Assembly (NCBI RefSeq): GCF_902459465.1
Contig: NC_047065.1
Coordinates: forward strand, 18,972,001-19,036,000
Direction: 5' to 3'
Origin: Asterias rubens
Lineage: Eukaryota
Length of the DNA: 64,000 nucleotides
Made by a program: the position numbers and the translations under genes
The notes under the pieces: generated by a model
The model's input: only the letters and a program-made list of their open reading frames with translations
Told to the model about the DNA's origin: nothing
The model's database searches: none
Shown here: positions 60,060-64,000 of the stretch, piece by piece
Layout of the letters: every line of letters starts with the position of its first letter
Position numbering within the stretch: position 1 is the stretch's first letter

Positions 60060-60511
60060 GGGGATTCCCCTTCCCCTCCCCATCCCCGGCTAGTCCGTGA
60101 CGTGAGACAATCCCTTAAAACACTCACTTAGCCTGTCATCTCTTCCTTACACAAGTTAATATACCATATAGCATTTTTTCATGGATAGACTTATGAAGTT
60201 TATGCATCACCTTGGTGAGAACACATTTCTAGAAACCCCATACCCCTATAGACAACCGTTTCTCCCACAATAAAAGCCAAATTGCTTTACCCCAGCCACA
60301 CCAAAAACCCATCCACAGTTAATACCCAATTACAATGGTATATGTGACATTGTAGTTTGGCTGGTAACCTTGTTCATGTTAGCATATTTTTGTTGTGCTA
60401 AGCTACTGTTTGTGTTGAAGCAGCTTTATAAAATGGGGCCCTGGTTGGTCGCTATCACATGAACCCCAACCATCAAAAGCCACGGTTGATTTCTTATCCG
60501 CGGGAATTTCC
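60060..60511. promoter_or_regulatory. Two NF-kB consensus sites 5' of gene D (GGGGATTCCCC 60060-60070; GGGAATTTCC 60502-60511)
   Basis: Exact consensus matches 350-800 nt upstream of the gene D acceptor, next to a CpG-richer patch. Confidence 0.5.
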
Positions 60512-60695
60512 CCATATGTCGCAATGCCTGCGCTAACTACGGGCGGCCATTTGGGCAAAAAAGGCAACCGAAAATAAACACAACGTGAAAACTAGCCTTG
60601 CTCAAGGCAGTCGAATTATTCATTTCGAAAAAAGTCCGCCACTGTATAAAAACCCACCCGTATTCACTGTGCGTAAATGTGTGTAACCACATCGC

Positions 60696-61136
60696 ACGAC
60701 ACGATGTCCCCGTACACTATCACCATGCGTCGGGTCAGGCCTCCGCATGCGGTTATAGTGGTACGAGTGCGGATGGCTTGTGTGCACAGTGGTCGTACGA
60801 TGTGACAGTGTGTGTACGGTGGGTCGTGCGATGTGATTACTTGCACCACGCACAGTATATACGGGTGGGTTTACAGCGGCGTCTTCTCGGAGCGAATAAT
60901 GTGACTGCCGTGAGCAAGGCAAGGCTAAGTGAAAACAGACAAATATTTCCAAATTAAACAAGTGCAAAAATTGTGCTAACATTGGGGCATTCAGAAATTA
61001 GGAAAACGTATCTCCCTCATTTGCAATTTTGATTTCATATTTTTGTAATTGTCAAAGATCAGTCTTTTCATACGCACAAAATAATACACCTGTGAAAATT
61101 TGAACTCAATTGGTCGTCGAAGTTACGAGATAAATA
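60696..61136 (+). repeat. Direct duplication, copy 1 (partner 63560-64000, offset 2864 nt)
   Basis: Identical by eye over 441 nt up to the window end. It starts inside the left arm of a small TIR element (about 60666-60873) and runs into a K1 fragment. Confidence 0.92.
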
Positions 61137-63559
61137 AAAACACCCTTGTCTCACGAAGTTGTGTGCTTTTAGATGCTTTATTTCGGGACCTCAAAATCTA
61201 ATTCTGAGGTTTCGGAAACTACGTTACTTCAGAGGGAGCCGTTTCTCACCATGTTTTCTACTATCAACAGTCATCCATTGGTTGTTACCAAGTAAGTTTT
61301 TATGCTAACAATTATTTTGAGTAATGACCAATAGTGTCCACTGCCTTTAAGCACCAACAACCAAATAAATAAAAACACTTTTAATTTTCGTTGGTGTTCA
61401 TTAATATGTTTTTACACTTCGAAAACGCAGAATTATTGTACACTACCCTGACCTAAAATAATTTATAACTTAAGATAAGGGACCATAAGTAACTGCCTAA
61501 AGGTTTATATAGACAACGACAATCGAACCCGTCTGAGGATAGAACTTATAGAAGGGTCGCTTAACGAAACTGAACGAGTAATTGAGGAACATTTGTTTTC
61601 GGTATAAAACAGTGAATTTCACAAAGAGTTGAGACAAGTCTTTGGGGTTATGACGAGTTACTCTCATGACGTCCTAAATTATAGGATTAGCCTTAAGTTG
61701 TTTTTACAATTGGTAGCTAGTCCAAAGTTAGGACTAGTCCTAACTCTTTGAGAAATCAACCCCAGTTTACATTTGAAAATGTCCTCAAAAACTTTCAATG
61801 CAATACGTTTTTTTGGTTCGCATCACAGCAATCATTGGTATTTACAACATAAGACTTATGCCATACAACATATCAGTATTTAAGTTTAACATTCGTGGGA
61901 AGAAACAAAAGGAAGTTAACATACCTGTAGCTGCCGTCGGGTTGGTTGCAAACCTTATCAAACTATTTCAAACTGTACAACTTGAATCGAATGAAGCAAA
62001 TAGTTGTTCATAAAACGCGAGTCTCATTACAGTATGCATATAGTGATACCACATACAGAGCAGTTATGATAGGGCCAAAAGTAAAAACCTTTTCACTTTT
62101 TAACACGCCCACACATACACCGGACCGACGGACCCGAGCACCGTTTGACACAATGAGTTATTCATCCGCCTATAGACCATGTGAACCTTGTTTACATTAA
62201 GCGTGACCTTGTACATTCTTGAAGTATTCTGGCCGGCACTGTACTACACTGGTACTTTGGGAAATTTGACATTTTGTGTCATAATTTCACATAACTAAGA
62301 GTTTTGAAAGTAAAAGCTGGACAAGTTTTGAGATGTGCCCCTTTCATGATATCAAAAGTTGATAAGATTTAAACAGTGCAATCTCCATAACATATAAGAT
62401 TTCATGTTTTCTTCCATTGAGCTGTGTACAAATCATGCCTGCAGGAAGTCCAGGGTCTGTGGCTCTTGTGTAAACATGTGAGGTCACAGGTCACAGCGTC
62501 TATTCTTTACCAAGTAATAATGTACTGGTTTTTCCAAGTCACACATATAGTATTTTAATGACAATTTACTTTTCATTAAATAATTTACTTTTCATTAAAT
62601 AATTTGTTTAGCCTCACCTTTAAGCTTATATATTTCAAAGACTTTGATGAACTACTTTCTACTAATCCGCATGTGTTAGAGGGGAAAACACAGTGCTCAA
62701 AACATGCACAGTATAATAAATAAAAACTTGTTTGTGGTAGTACATTACCGAATGGTTACATCTGAGTATAACTATCTTACAATTTGCCCATGATTGTAAT
62801 ATTTCGTTGTGAGATTTTCTGGACAATTAAATTCTTCATCTAAAGTCTAAGGCTACCTATACCCCCCCCCCCCACCCTTCAATACGGCATACCTGGTCGT
62901 TCTCGGGAGTTGACGGGGAAGAGGTTTGGAGGAAGACATACACTCCTTAGGCCTACACAGTTTTTCCAGGGAGAGATTGGCCTCAACTAACATTTAAGAA
63001 ACACAAACAACTTGTATAGGTACCATGTTTTAATGTCCGACGTTTAAAAACTGGTTTTGGTCTCATTGCAGTTATTGGACTATAGCCTATAGACGTATTT
63101 CGAATTAGTGCCTTCTGCGCACATTCGCGTCGAAACCGAGGCTCACTGTGCTACATTCTCAACAGGGCTGCACAAACTACTCGTCGTATGTCAACAACAA
63201 CGGAGGTAAGTCGGTCCCTGCATGGAAGATGTACGTTTCATACCTTATTTTTGTGGCTGAAGTTGCATGGAATAAATCAGATGTTGAATTGTTATGAATT
63301 CGTTATCGTGGCACTTATAATGAAAGGATAATTTGACCATTTTCTGTCGTGGTTTTTACGCACCGTTTGTGTTTGTGCTTCTGATCCTTGACGCGACGTG
63401 GAACCTGACGAATACGTAGAGTTACTGCTTGTTGAAGTTCAGAAACTCGACCACTTAATGTGGAGCACCTTGTCTTTGACACTTTCCTCCGCTTTTCGAG
63501 GTTAGTGTTGCCACATTTCGTCGTTGACAAATTCCAATTTTATTCAGTGAATTACTGGT

Positions 63560-64000
63560 ACGACACGATGTCCCCGTACACTATCACCATGCGTCGGGTC
63601 AGGCCTCCGCATGCGGTTATAGTGGTACGAGTGCGGATGGCTTGTGTGCACAGTGGTCGTACGATGTGACAGTGTGTGTACGGTGGGTCGTGCGATGTGA
63701 TTACTTGCACCACGCACAGTATATACGGGTGGGTTTACAGCGGCGTCTTCTCGGAGCGAATAATGTGACTGCCGTGAGCAAGGCAAGGCTAAGTGAAAAC
63801 AGACAAATATTTCCAAATTAAACAAGTGCAAAAATTGTGCTAACATTGGGGCATTCAGAAATTAGGAAAACGTATCTCCCTCATTTGCAATTTTGATTTC
63901 ATATTTTTGTAATTGTCAAAGATCAGTCTTTTCATACGCACAAAATAATACACCTGTGAAAATTTGAACTCAATTGGTCGTCGAAGTTACGAGATAAATA
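63560..64000 (+). repeat. Direct duplication, copy 2 (continues past the right edge)
   Basis: Matches 60696-61136. Confidence 0.92.

Noticed and set aside
5540-61330. Recurrent 60-100 aa ORFs such as MKVKKKHPCHTKLCAFRCLISRPQ and MRGFPF..., and the regular repeats as a CRISPR-like array
   Set aside because: They are translations of the dispersed K1/K2 MITE families. There is no repeat-spacer periodicity and the DNA is eukaryotic.

Overview
This is animal genomic DNA (AT-rich, spliceosomal introns, SINE/LINE/MITE-rich), probably from an invertebrate deuterostome such as an echinoderm; the taxon is an inference. There is no prokaryotic content. The window holds a cluster of four ZNFX1-family genes (UPF1-like SF1 RNA helicase followed by NF-X1-type zinc fingers, a RING-like finger and an RZ-type finger), arranged A(-, runs off the left edge) / B(+) / C(+) / D(-), with a 500-N gap between C and D. 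All four share one layout: a short exon encoding a disordered N-terminus, a phase-2 intron, and one multi-kb exon encoding all folded domains. B is canonical and intact (about 1843 aa). C and D are derived: their zinc-finger arrays are roughly doubled and carry periodic variable inserts, the RING-like-to-RZ spacer is cut from about 219 aa to 42-49 aa, and the RZ 'GECG' motif is lost. Both also have in-frame stops inside the finger array that separate the helicase from the putative E3 end. C has a tandemly duplicated, frame-symmetric first coding exon. Further signals are a 142-nt block identical between A and D (possible gene conversion), a GARPK motif kept in three otherwise unalignable N-termini, several NF-kB consensus sites, a minimal Penelope-type hammerhead ribozyme next to a tRNA-derived SINE, and a Helentron-type (HINE) element nested in one of many TTAA-flanked Kolobok-like MITEs. 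Splice sites are inferred from sequence alone. The lesions and duplications need read-level confirmation.
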